Shown here: positions 1 through 8,110 of the stretch, piece after piece
Numbering within the stretch: the first letter of the stretch is position 1
How the letters are laid out: each line of letters opens with the position of its first letter
Source: Terrimicrobiaceae bacterium
GTDB lineage: Bacteria > Verrucomicrobiota > Verrucomicrobiia > Chthoniobacterales > Terrimicrobiaceae
NCBI GenBank assembly: GCA_041752695.1
Contig: JBGSVZ010000005.1
Location: forward strand, 32,001-96,000
Direction of reading: 5' to 3'
DNA: 64,000 nucleotides
Translations under genes and position numbers: made by a program
The notes under the pieces: generated by a model
What the model saw: only the letters and a program-made list of their open reading frames with translations
Database searches by the model: none
Told to the model about the DNA's origin: nothing

Positions 1-225
1 ATCAAAGTCGTAGAATGATCCCACAAATTGACCCGCATCGTTCACGTCCGTGATATCGCCCTTGTAAGCCGCATCAAGCAGGCCGGTGACTGCGAACGGT
101 GCGGCCCGGAGTGGCGAGAGCGGGAGTAAACTGACCGCCGCGCAGGTGGCGGTCACCCATCTCAGCTTACCGGCTCGCTGCCTCGCCCATTTCCCCGCCC
201 TTCTGCATCCCCGTGGTGTAACCAT
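1..225 (-). CDS. Partial secreted protein with HAF-like extracellular repeat (runs off the left edge)
   Basis: Manual translation from ATG at 225 gives MVTPRG...WVTATCAAVSLLPLSPLRAAPFAVTGLLD...ITDVNDAGQFVGSFYDFD with no stop before position 1. It has a signal-peptide-like stretch and an 'NDAGQxVG' HAF-type motif. Confidence 0.55.
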   Translation of the reverse strand, partial: MVTPRGCRRAGKWARQRAGKLRWVTATCAAVSLLPLSPLRAAPFAVTGLLDAAYKGDITDVNDAGQFVGSFYDFD

Positions 226-337
226 CCGGGGGGCTTTACCCGTTTTCCGGACGGTTGCCAATCGCCCATTCGGGTGATATTCGGAGAAATATCCGGAACA
301 CCACCCGGCCGCGCGGTCCAATTTCCTGGAGGATGCC

Positions 338-1087
338 TTACATACTCATGCCGCCATCGACTGCCAGCACCTGTCCGGTGATATAAGCGGCTTCGGGGCT
401 GGCAAAGTAGGCAACGGCTGAGGCGATGTCGTCGCTTGATCCCATGCGGCCCTGCGGAATCATGGCGAGGGCACCCTTTTTCACTTCGTCGCTAAGGACG
501 GCGGTCATGTCGGTTTCGGTGAAACCCGGCGCGACGACGTTGACCGTGATGTTCCGACTGGCGAGTTCGCGGGCCAGCGTTTTGCTCAGGCCGATGAGTC
601 CGGCTTTGCTGGCGGCGTAGTTGGCCTGTCCGGCGGTGCCGAGGATGCCGCTGACGGAGCTGATGTTGATAATGCGACCAACCCGTTGTTTCACCATGGC
701 GCGGAGCACGGCGCGGCTAAAGTTGAAAGCGCCTTTGAGGTTGGTGTTGAGCACGATGTCCCAATCGTCCGAGCTCATGCGCATGGCGAGGGTGTCGCGG
801 GTGATGCCGGCGTTGTTGACCAGGATGTCGCAGCGGCCGAAGTCCGCAAGGATTTGCTCGCCGACTTTCTGCACAGCGTCGAAATCCGCCACGTCTACGG
901 CGTAGGGTTTGGCGGTGTCGGGCGTGGCGGCGTTGAGGGCGTCGGAAACCTTTTGGGAGTTGGCTTCCGTGCGGCTGACCACGGCGACTTTTGCTCCCTC
1001 GGCAGCGAGGCGCTTGGCGATGGCTTCTCCGATGCCGCGTCCGGCTCCGGTGACAATGGCGACTTGGTTTTCGAATCGTTTGCTCAT
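338..1087 (-). CDS. fabG: 3-oxoacyl-ACP reductase (SDR)
   Basis: TGAGRGIG, NNAGITRD, catalytic YAASK, C-terminal YITGQVLAVDGG. Confidence 0.92.
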   Translation of the reverse strand: MSKRFENQVAIVTGAGRGIGEAIAKRLAAEGAKVAVVSRTEANSQKVSDALNAATPDTAKPYAVDVADFDAVQKVGEQILADFGRCDILVNNAGITRDTLAMRMSSDDWDIVLNTNLKGAFNFSRAVLRAMVKQRVGRIINISSVSGILGTAGQANYAASKAGLIGLSKTLARELASRNITVNVVAPGFTETDMTAVLSDEVKKGALAMIPQGRMGSSDDIASAVAYFASPEAAYITGQVLAVDGGMSM

Positions 1088-1097
1088 GATATGTAAT

Positions 1098-2255
1098 TTA
1101 AAGTTTCACCCAGCTCCGGGTTTTGGCGCTCTGCTCGACGGCTGCGAGCACCTTTTCGTTTTGCATGCCGTCCTCGAACGTTGGCTGCACGCTTTTGCCG
1201 GCGACCACGGCCTTCACAAAATCCGCGAAGGCGTTCACGAAGGTGTGTTCGTAGCCGATGATGTGCCCGGGCGGCCACCATGAGCCGGCATAGGGATGAA
1301 CGCCTTCAGTCACGATGATGTCGCGAAAACCGCGGCGATCCTCCGGATCCTCGGTGTTAAAATATTGGAGGCGGTTCATATCCTCGAAGTTGAAGGCGAG
1401 GGAGCCCTTGCTGCCATTGACTTCCAGCGTGATGTGATTTTTGCGGCCGTTGGCAAAACGGGTCGCTTCGAGGTTGGCGATGGCCCCATTCTTAAAACGC
1501 CCAATCCACGACACCGCGTCGTCCACCGTGACTTTGCCCGTCTTTTTCGCTCCCTTCGCCGCGAGGCCCGCGCCGGCTTCTTCCTGCAGGGGGCGTTCCT
1601 TGATGAACGTTTCCATCAGCCCGCAGACCTCCTTGATTTCGCCCACGAGATATCGGCCCAGGTCAATGATATGGGCGTCGATGTCGCCATGGGTGCCGGA
1701 TCCCGCGATCTTGGCCTGGAGGCGCCAGACGAGGGGGAAGTTCGGATCGGCAATCCAGTCCTGGGCATACCGGGCGCGGTAGTGGTAAATCCGGTCGCCG
1801 AGGTCGCCGCGCTCGATCATGCGTTTGGCCAGCGCGATGGCGGGGATGCGGCGGTAGTTGTGGCAGATCATGTTTACCACCTTCGCTTTTTTGACGGCCG
1901 CGACCATTTGCTCGCATTCCGGCACGTCCATCGCAAGCGGCTTCTCGCAGAGAATGGCTTTGCCGTACTTCGCGGCCTCGAGGACGATCTCACAATGACT
2001 GTCGTTCGGCGTGCAGACGTCAATGACATCAATCTCCGGATCGCTCACCACCGCACGCCAGTCCGTGCTCGCCTTCTGCCAGCCGAGTTGCTCACGGGCG
2101 GCTTCCACACTCTTGGCAGTGCGACCGCAGATGGTGTGGAGGTTGACGCCGGCCGGCAGATCGAAAAACCGCGGGGCCTGACGCCACGCATTGGAATGGG
2201 CCTTGCCCATGAAGTTGTAGCCGATCATTCCAATGTTGAGAGTGCGTTTGGGCAT
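1098..2255 (-). CDS. Gfo/Idh/MocA family oxidoreductase
   Basis: IGMIGYNFMG Rossmann start, CEKPLA motif, DIDAHIID. Start moved to ATG 2255 (MPKRTLNIG). Confidence 0.9.
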   Translation of the reverse strand: MPKRTLNIGMIGYNFMGKAHSNAWRQAPRFFDLPAGVNLHTICGRTAKSVEAAREQLGWQKASTDWRAVVSDPEIDVIDVCTPNDSHCEIVLEAAKYGKAILCEKPLAMDVPECEQMVAAVKKAKVVNMICHNYRRIPAIALAKRMIERGDLGDRIYHYRARYAQDWIADPNFPLVWRLQAKIAGSGTHGDIDAHIIDLGRYLVGEIKEVCGLMETFIKERPLQEEAGAGLAAKGAKKTGKVTVDDAVSWIGRFKNGAIANLEATRFANGRKNHITLEVNGSKGSLAFNFEDMNRLQYFNTEDPEDRRGFRDIIVTEGVHPYAGSWWPPGHIIGYEHTFVNAFADFVKAVVAGKSVQPTFEDGMQNEKVLAAVEQSAKTRSWVKL

Positions 2256-2358
2256 AGGAAAAGGGAGTTTGGGTGGAAAAGCGACTCCACCAAAAGCGCC
2301 GCGGAGTGGAAATGAAAAAGTGCGGGCGAGATGGCCCAAGGCGGGGAGATCGATGCGA

Positions 2359-3018
2359 CTATCGGTCCTCGAAATCCAGATGCGGCTGCCATTCCTTGCC
2401 AAAAGGCAAAAACTGCCGCGCGTTCGGGTCGTAGGCAAAGAGCTCGGCGCCCGCGATTTTGAAATACCACGCGTGCAGGCTGAGTGAGCCGTCGGCGAGC
2501 CGGCGTTGGACGCAGGGATAGGTCGTCAGATTTTCCACCGCGAAAAGGACGTTTTCCTCTCCCGCCGCATTTGACTGATCGTCGGCCTTGTTCAGATGTT
2601 GGTAGCGTTGGAGGACGGTTTCACGAACCGGAGCGGCCAGCGACAACCATTTCCCGAGGTGGGGCATGGCCGAAAGATCCGGAGCGTCAAGGAGCGCGCG
2701 CATGGCACCACACTGCGAATGACCGCAGACCACCACATCGGCAACCCCCAGGGTTTCGACGGCAAATTCGACGGCGGCCGCCGTGGAGTTGTAGCCTCCG
2801 ACGGCATGTGGCGGAACGATGTTCCCCACGTTTTTGACGACAAACAAATCGCCCGGTTTGCTTTGGGTGATCAACTCCGCGAGCACGCGCGAATCCGAGC
2901 ACGTGATAAAAAGCGTGTGCGGGTTTTGCCCGTCCTTCGCCAGACGCTGGAAGAGTTCTTCGTAGTGACCAAACTCCTCCGTGCGAAATCGGTGAATTCC
3001 TTCGATGAGTTGCTGCAC
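2359..3018 (-). CDS. Beta-class carbonic anhydrase, cytoplasmic
   Basis: CSDSR, GDLFVVKNVGN and HSQCG zinc-ligand motifs; GTG start. Confidence 0.92.
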   Translation of the reverse strand: MQQLIEGIHRFRTEEFGHYEELFQRLAKDGQNPHTLFITCSDSRVLAELITQSKPGDLFVVKNVGNIVPPHAVGGYNSTAAAVEFAVETLGVADVVVCGHSQCGAMRALLDAPDLSAMPHLGKWLSLAAPVRETVLQRYQHLNKADDQSNAAGEENVLFAVENLTTYPCVQRRLADGSLSLHAWYFKIAGAELFAYDPNARQFLPFGKEWQPHLDFEDR

Positions 3019-3093
3019 GGCGACAGGGAAGGGGATTCGACCCGTTTGAACAAGGACGGATTCCGCCGCGGGGTCTCCGATAGAAATCCCACC

Positions 3094-3731
3094 ATGGCCT
3101 TTCTCGAATGTCGCTTTTTCTCCGAGTCTCTGCAGTTGTCCTGCACGATGAACGTCATCCTACCGCAGCAGACGCGCGCGCAGATCGGCATGGCCGGACA
3201 AAAAAACCGCCCTCTGGCTTCTTCACGGCATGAGCGATGATCACACCATTCCGGGCCCGCCGCACTTCCATCGAATGCTACGCCGCCGAAACGGGACTGG
3301 CCGTCATCATGCCCGCCGCCAACCTGAGTTTGTCTCAGGACATGGCCGCCGGCCCGAAATACGTCACCTCTCTCCCCGCAGCGTAACTTCGTCGCCGGCC
3401 TCTCCATGGGCGGGTACGGCGCGCTTTCCCAGCCCGAACGTTTCGCCGCCGCGGCCAGCCTCTCTGGCGCCTTGGACGCCGCGGAAATCGCCCGCCGACG
3501 CGATGACCATATTCGCACGGTCAGGCAGTCCGCCTTCGGCCCAGCGGACAAAATTTCGGGCGACTCATCCGACCTCTTTGCCCTCGCCAGAAAGCTTGTT
3601 CGCTCCTGTGCCAAACCGCCCGTGCCTTACGCCTGCTGTGGCACCGACGACCACCTCCTTCCCGGCAACCGGCTTTTTGTCGAACATGCCAAGAAGCTGG
3701 GACTGCCTCTGGCTTACGAGGAAAACCAAGG
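3094..3731 (+). pseudogene. Degraded alpha/beta-hydrolase esterase (tributyrin esterase/S-formylglutathione hydrolase-like)
   Basis: Family fragments lie in shifting frames: MAFLECRFFSESL..MNVILP; LWLLHGMSDDHTI; RRTSIECYA..GLAVIMP; FVAGLSMGGYGA; AASLSGALD; CGTDDHL..YEE. There are internal deletions and stops, and the catalytic His segment is missing. Confidence 0.8.
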
Positions 3732-3751
3732 CTTAGGAGTATTTGTAAGTT

Positions 3752-4468
3752 TCAGCGCACTCGCCGCAATCGCAGGACGGCCAGCGCGCCCAGACCGAGA
3801 AGCATGGCACTTGAAGGCTCCGGCACCGCGGTCGCATCAAGGCGCACATCGTCGAAGTTCACCTCAATACCCTCACCATTCAGATTCACCAGCCGTATGC
3901 CCAGCGCCTGACCGGCGTTGGCATGGCTCAATCCCGTCGTGAGCGTCACCGTGGACGTTAAGAATTCGCCCTCCCCCGGAGCCAGCGTGTTGTCGTCGGT
4001 CGCAATGACCACTCCGCCCGCCAGCAATTCCACGCGATAGCCGGGGAAGCCTTCGAAGTCGAACGTAGGAGTCGGACTGTCCTCGGGGGCGAAATTTCCC
4101 ACCTCCACCGTGAGGGTGTACTGCGTAGAGAGTTGCAGGGTGTCGCCGAGCGTCTGTCGCAAACCGGCTTCCGCAATGTTGAAATCGTTGAGGAGAAAAA
4201 CCACGCCGACATTGGCTCCCCCGGGTGCCCCCTCCGTGAAGGAGTTTGTCGTCGAGGGATTCCACACGCCAAAGTAGCGGAAGCCGTTGGTGTCGCCCGT
4301 ATTATAGACCGCCCAGCCAGCTGGCGCGGCATTCGTGTTTCCCGTGAATGTTGCGGGAGCCGTGACCGGGGTCTCGAAGCCCGGATTGGAGATGGAAATG
4401 GAGGCCGCATTTGCCGCAGCGCAGAGCGCGAGGCACATGCCAGTCAGCAGGAAATGAGGAATTCGCAT
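3752..4468 (-). CDS. PEP-CTERM surface protein with HpiC1/FamC1 (Stig cyclase)-like beta-sandwich domain
   Basis: Signal peptide; NPGFE, YTLTVEVGNF, GFPGYRVELLAG, LGIRLVN and VNFDDVRL motifs; C-terminal VPEP + transmembrane helix + LRLRR. Confidence 0.8.
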   Translation of the reverse strand: MRIPHFLLTGMCLALCAAANAASISISNPGFETPVTAPATFTGNTNAAPAGWAVYNTGDTNGFRYFGVWNPSTTNSFTEGAPGGANVGVVFLLNDFNIAEAGLRQTLGDTLQLSTQYTLTVEVGNFAPEDSPTPTFDFEGFPGYRVELLAGGVVIATDDNTLAPGEGEFLTSTVTLTTGLSHANAGQALGIRLVNLNGEGIEVNFDDVRLDATAVPEPSSAMLLGLGALAVLRLRRVR

Positions 4469-4693
4469 AACCCCGGGAGGTGAACTGATGTGAAATTGTC
4501 AGATGAGCTGAGGAAGTCACTCCCATTTTAATTCGGATCGCCAAGAACAACGGTTACGGTCCGTGGACTAGCGACGCCACGGAATGGCGGGTGCTTTTCT
4601 TCGATGAGGGTCTGCACTGACTCCCCGCCGGGCAGGTGTCAGGTCGAGACCACCGAGGCCGGAAGGGCGTAAGTCAATTTGCGGAAACGCTCG

Positions 4694-5110
4694 TTAAAAC
4701 TCGATGCGGAGCACCTGGGCCTGTCGTCCCGAGCGGAACTCGCGGGGGGTCAGCTGATTGTCCTTGTTGGAATCCGCGTAAGTCCGCGTGAAGTCGAAAA
4801 CCCGCACGTTGGAACCCACGCGCATGAGTTCCGTCCGCGTGACCACGCCGTCCTTGTTCTGGTCGGCGAGGAGGAAGCTCCGCCTGTCGCCGCCGGCGTT
4901 GGTCCATTCGACGAGCGTGACCGTGCCGTCCTTGTTGGCGTCAGAGATCTCCAGCGCACGTTCGCTGTAGGCCGTCGGGAAGGTTTGCAGCGTGTAGGGA
5001 ACGTCCCATTGCGTGTTTTTTGGAGGAAGTTGGCAGCCGGCGAGAAACAAGCTGGTGGCCAGCGGAAGGAGGCCCAACCTGATGACGCGCGTCGCGAAAG
5101 GAAAAGTCAT
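4694..5110 (-). CDS. EF-hand calcium-binding lipoprotein
   Basis: Lipobox FLAGC; three EF-hand loops DANKDGTVTLVE, DQNKDGVVTRTE and DSNKDNQLTPRE. Confidence 0.75.
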   Translation of the reverse strand: MTFPFATRVIRLGLLPLATSLFLAGCQLPPKNTQWDVPYTLQTFPTAYSERALEISDANKDGTVTLVEWTNAGGDRRSFLLADQNKDGVVTRTELMRVGSNVRVFDFTRTYADSNKDNQLTPREFRSGRQAQVLRIEF

Positions 5111-5238
5111 CTGCGGGGAATATCCGAAACGCTTACCCGCGGGCAACTGCAATCTGGACGCCCTGCCCAGCCGGCGGCGCAGCGCCGATCGTCCCACCAG
5201 CATCAACCGCACCAGTTCCAGCCCCCTCACCTTGCGTA

Positions 5239-5270
5239 ACAATAAATGTCCCAGGTGGGACATTTATTGT
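5239..5270. promoter_or_regulatory. Perfect 14-bp inverted repeat, candidate operator
   Basis: ACAATAAATGTCCC-AGGT-GGGACATTTATTGT between the divergent EF-hand and glutaminase genes. Confidence 0.55.
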
Positions 5271-5405
5271 AAAAAGTTTGCGAGGCGGATGCTGGGCGTG
5301 GGGTGTTGCTGGGGGGGGCTTTTTTTGCGTCGCGGCCGATGTTCTGCGGGTAGGCAGGGCAGTTCTTCACCTCTTGACTCAGAGGTGCGGAGGGAATAGC
5401 ACGGC

Positions 5406-6404
5406 ATGATGCCGACGGAGCCCACCCCTAGCGCGCCCCCCTTTGTCTCAACGGGGAAATTGCCCAGTCCGGAACGTGCGCAAGCTTTGGTGGATGAGGC
5501 GCATCGGTTGTTCCGCGACAATTCGGAGGGGGAAAATTCTCAAGTGTATCCGGCGCTTGCCCGGGTGCCTGCCCAGCTTTTCGGTATTTGCATTGTGGGG
5601 GTGAGTGGGAATGTTTTTCAGGCCGGTGAGGCCGACTCGGAGTTTTCCATCATGAGCGTGTCGAAACCCTTTGTCTTCGCCTTGATTTGCGGAGTGATCG
5701 GGGTCGAGGAAGCTCGTGCAAAAATCGGTGCAAATGCCACCGGGTATGCCTTCAATTCCCTGGCCGGGATCGAAAGGCATCCCAAAGGCCTGACGAACCC
5801 GATGGTCAACTCCGGCGCAATCGCCACCACAAGTCTCGCGCCCGGGGCCACCCACGAGGACAAGTGGCAGTTTCTTTATGACGGGCTGTCGCGGTTTGCC
5901 GGGAGGAAACTGCCGATGAATGAGGAGGTTCTGGCCTCGGCCTCCGCCACGAATTTTCGCAACCAAGGCATTGCGCGGACGCTGCAAAGCTACGGAGCCA
6001 TTTACGACGATCCCGCGGCGGCTGTTGATCTTTACACCCGGCAATGCTCCCTCAACGTAAGTGCGCGGGACCTGGCGGTGATGGGCGCCACGCTGGCTGA
6101 TGGCGGGGTGAATCCCATCACAAAAGAGCGGGTTGTTGATGCCTCGATCTGTCATTACGTATTGGCCGTGATGGCCACCGCAGGATTGTATGAAACCTCG
6201 GGGGACTGGCTGTTTGACATCGGGCTGCCGGGAAAAAGTGGCATCGGCGGGGGGATTGTGACGGTTTCCCCGGGCAAGGGGGGCTTGGGAACTTTCGCGC
6301 CGCCGCTCGACAAGGCCGGGAATAGCGTAAGGGGTCAACTGGCCGCCAAGTTTTTGTCGCAGCAGTTGGGGATGGATCTTTTTGTCTCACAGCCTGAGGC
6401 CTGA
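5406..6404 (+). CDS. glsA: Glutaminase A
   Basis: IMSVSKPF (SxxK), NPMVNSGA, YTRQCS, PGKSGIGGG, GNSVRG. Confidence 0.93.
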   Translation: MMPTEPTPSAPPFVSTGKLPSPERAQALVDEAHRLFRDNSEGENSQVYPALARVPAQLFGICIVGVSGNVFQAGEADSEFSIMSVSKPFVFALICGVIGVEEARAKIGANATGYAFNSLAGIERHPKGLTNPMVNSGAIATTSLAPGATHEDKWQFLYDGLSRFAGRKLPMNEEVLASASATNFRNQGIARTLQSYGAIYDDPAAAVDLYTRQCSLNVSARDLAVMGATLADGGVNPITKERVVDASICHYVLAVMATAGLYETSGDWLFDIGLPGKSGIGGGIVTVSPGKGGLGTFAPPLDKAGNSVRGQLAAKFLSQQLGMDLFVSQPEA

Positions 6405-6466
6405 CCCGTTGTTCGCCGCGCTGGCGCGGGGCTTTACGGCGGGGATGCCAATTTTCGAAAACCTTT

Positions 6467-8101
6467 ATGAATAAGAAAACTGTTGCGGGTGCCGGACCGG
6501 TTCCCGAAGAGAATGCGTCATGGCTACCCATGGTTGTCATCGCCATGGGTCAAATGTTGATGTCGTTTAATGTGGCCGCCCTGCCGGTCTCCATGAGCGG
6601 CATGGTGAGCAGTTTTAACACTCCGCCCACCACCGTGGGCACGGCGATTGTGATGTATTCGCTGGGCGTTTCAGGTTTCGTGATGCTCGGCGGCAAGCTC
6701 GGGCAGCGTTTTGGCTCGAAGGTCTTTTTTCAGGTGGCGGTGGCTCTTTTCCTCGCCGCGATGGTGACGATGGTGCTGAGTCCGACGGCCGGGGTGATGT
6801 TGGCGGGTCAGGCTCTGGCGGGTTTCGCGGGTGCCTCGTTGGTGCCGTCGTTGGTGGCGCTGATTGCCAATCATTACAGGGGTGCCCAGCAGGCCAAGGC
6901 GGTGGGCTGGCTGGGTTCCGCGAGGGCCATTGCCGGGGTGCTGGCCTTTGTCATCGTCGGTTATGTGGCCATGATCAACTGGCGCCTCGCTTTCGGGCTC
7001 CTCATTGTCCATGCGTCGGTCCTGTTCCTTCTGAGCCTTAAGCTCAAGCCGTCCGTGCCCAATCCCGCGGTGAAAATCGACGTTTCCGGAGTGATTCTCT
7101 CGGCAGTCGCGGTGATCCTGATCAGCTTCGGGTTCAACAATTTGCGCAACTGGGGGCTCACGCTGGCCCGGCCTGCCGCCCCCTTCGATCTGTTTGGCGT
7201 GTCCCCAGCTCCACTCATGATCGGGTTGGGAGCCGTGATCTTTATGGCGTTTTTCTTGTGGAGCCACCGGCAGGCGCAGAAGGGAAAAACGCCCTTGCTG
7301 GCGCTCCAGGTGATTGACTCCCCCAAAGAATGGGCGGCTGTCTTTACCCTCTTTCTGATTGTTGCGACCGAGGCCGCGATCAATTTTACCGTGCCCCTGT
7401 ATATTCAAATCATTCAAGGGCGTTCCAGCGCGGCGACTTCGGTGGCAATGATGCCGTTTATGCTGACGGTGTTTTTCACTGCCATTCTGATTGTCCGCTT
7501 ATACGGCAAGTTCCCTCCACGCACCATCGCCCGCGCCGCTTTTGGGTTGGTTGCCGTCGGAGCGCTCTGGTTGGCCTTTGTCGTGACAAACGATTGGAGT
7601 GTCTTCCCGGTTATTATTGGACTTATCACGGTCGGGCTTGGCCAGGGTGCGCTGGTGACTTTGCTTTTTAACGTGTTGGTAACCTCCTCGCCCAAGGAAT
7701 TGGCGGGTGACGTGGGTGCCTTGCGCGGCGTGACGCAAAACCTGGCCGCGGCCGTAGGCACGGCCCTGATGGGCACTCTGGTGGTTGGTGTCCTGAGTGC
7801 AGGAGTGATGAGCCGGGTGGCCGACAACCCGCTGATCTCCGCGGAAATGAAAGCTGAGGTGGATCTGGATAGCATCAATTTCCTGAATAACGATCGCCTC
7901 AAAGAGCGTTTCGAGGCCGCCAATGCCTCGCCCGAACAGATCGCCGAGGCTGTCCTGATCAACTCCGAGACTCGCCTGCGGGCGCTCAAAATCGGCTTTT
8001 TTGTCCTGGCTTGCCTCGCCCTGTTCGCCATTGTCCCGTGCGGTTGGTTGCCGGACTACCGGCCCGGAGAATTGCCGTCGGGAGAACCGGCGAAGACCTG
8101 A
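6467..8101 (+). CDS. MFS transporter (DHA2/14-TM-like)
   Basis: Many hydrophobic helices; motif A variant GKLGQRFGSK. Confidence 0.85.
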   Translation: MNKKTVAGAGPVPEENASWLPMVVIAMGQMLMSFNVAALPVSMSGMVSSFNTPPTTVGTAIVMYSLGVSGFVMLGGKLGQRFGSKVFFQVAVALFLAAMVTMVLSPTAGVMLAGQALAGFAGASLVPSLVALIANHYRGAQQAKAVGWLGSARAIAGVLAFVIVGYVAMINWRLAFGLLIVHASVLFLLSLKLKPSVPNPAVKIDVSGVILSAVAVILISFGFNNLRNWGLTLARPAAPFDLFGVSPAPLMIGLGAVIFMAFFLWSHRQAQKGKTPLLALQVIDSPKEWAAVFTLFLIVATEAAINFTVPLYIQIIQGRSSAATSVAMMPFMLTVFFTAILIVRLYGKFPPRTIARAAFGLVAVGALWLAFVVTNDWSVFPVIIGLITVGLGQGALVTLLFNVLVTSSPKELAGDVGALRGVTQNLAAAVGTALMGTLVVGVLSAGVMSRVADNPLISAEMKAEVDLDSINFLNNDRLKERFEAANASPEQIAEAVLINSETRLRALKIGFFVLACLALFAIVPCGWLPDYRPGELPSGEPAKT

Positions 8102-8110
8102 TTGATTTTT

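Noticed and set aside
3094..3731. Programmed frameshifting in the esterase
   Set aside because: Several breaks with missing segments and a lost catalytic His fit decay better than recoding.
4561..4582. CCGTGG...CCACGG hairpin upstream of the Stig-like gene as a riboswitch or REP
   Set aside because: Only a 6-bp stem with no recognisable aptamer motif or partner copy.
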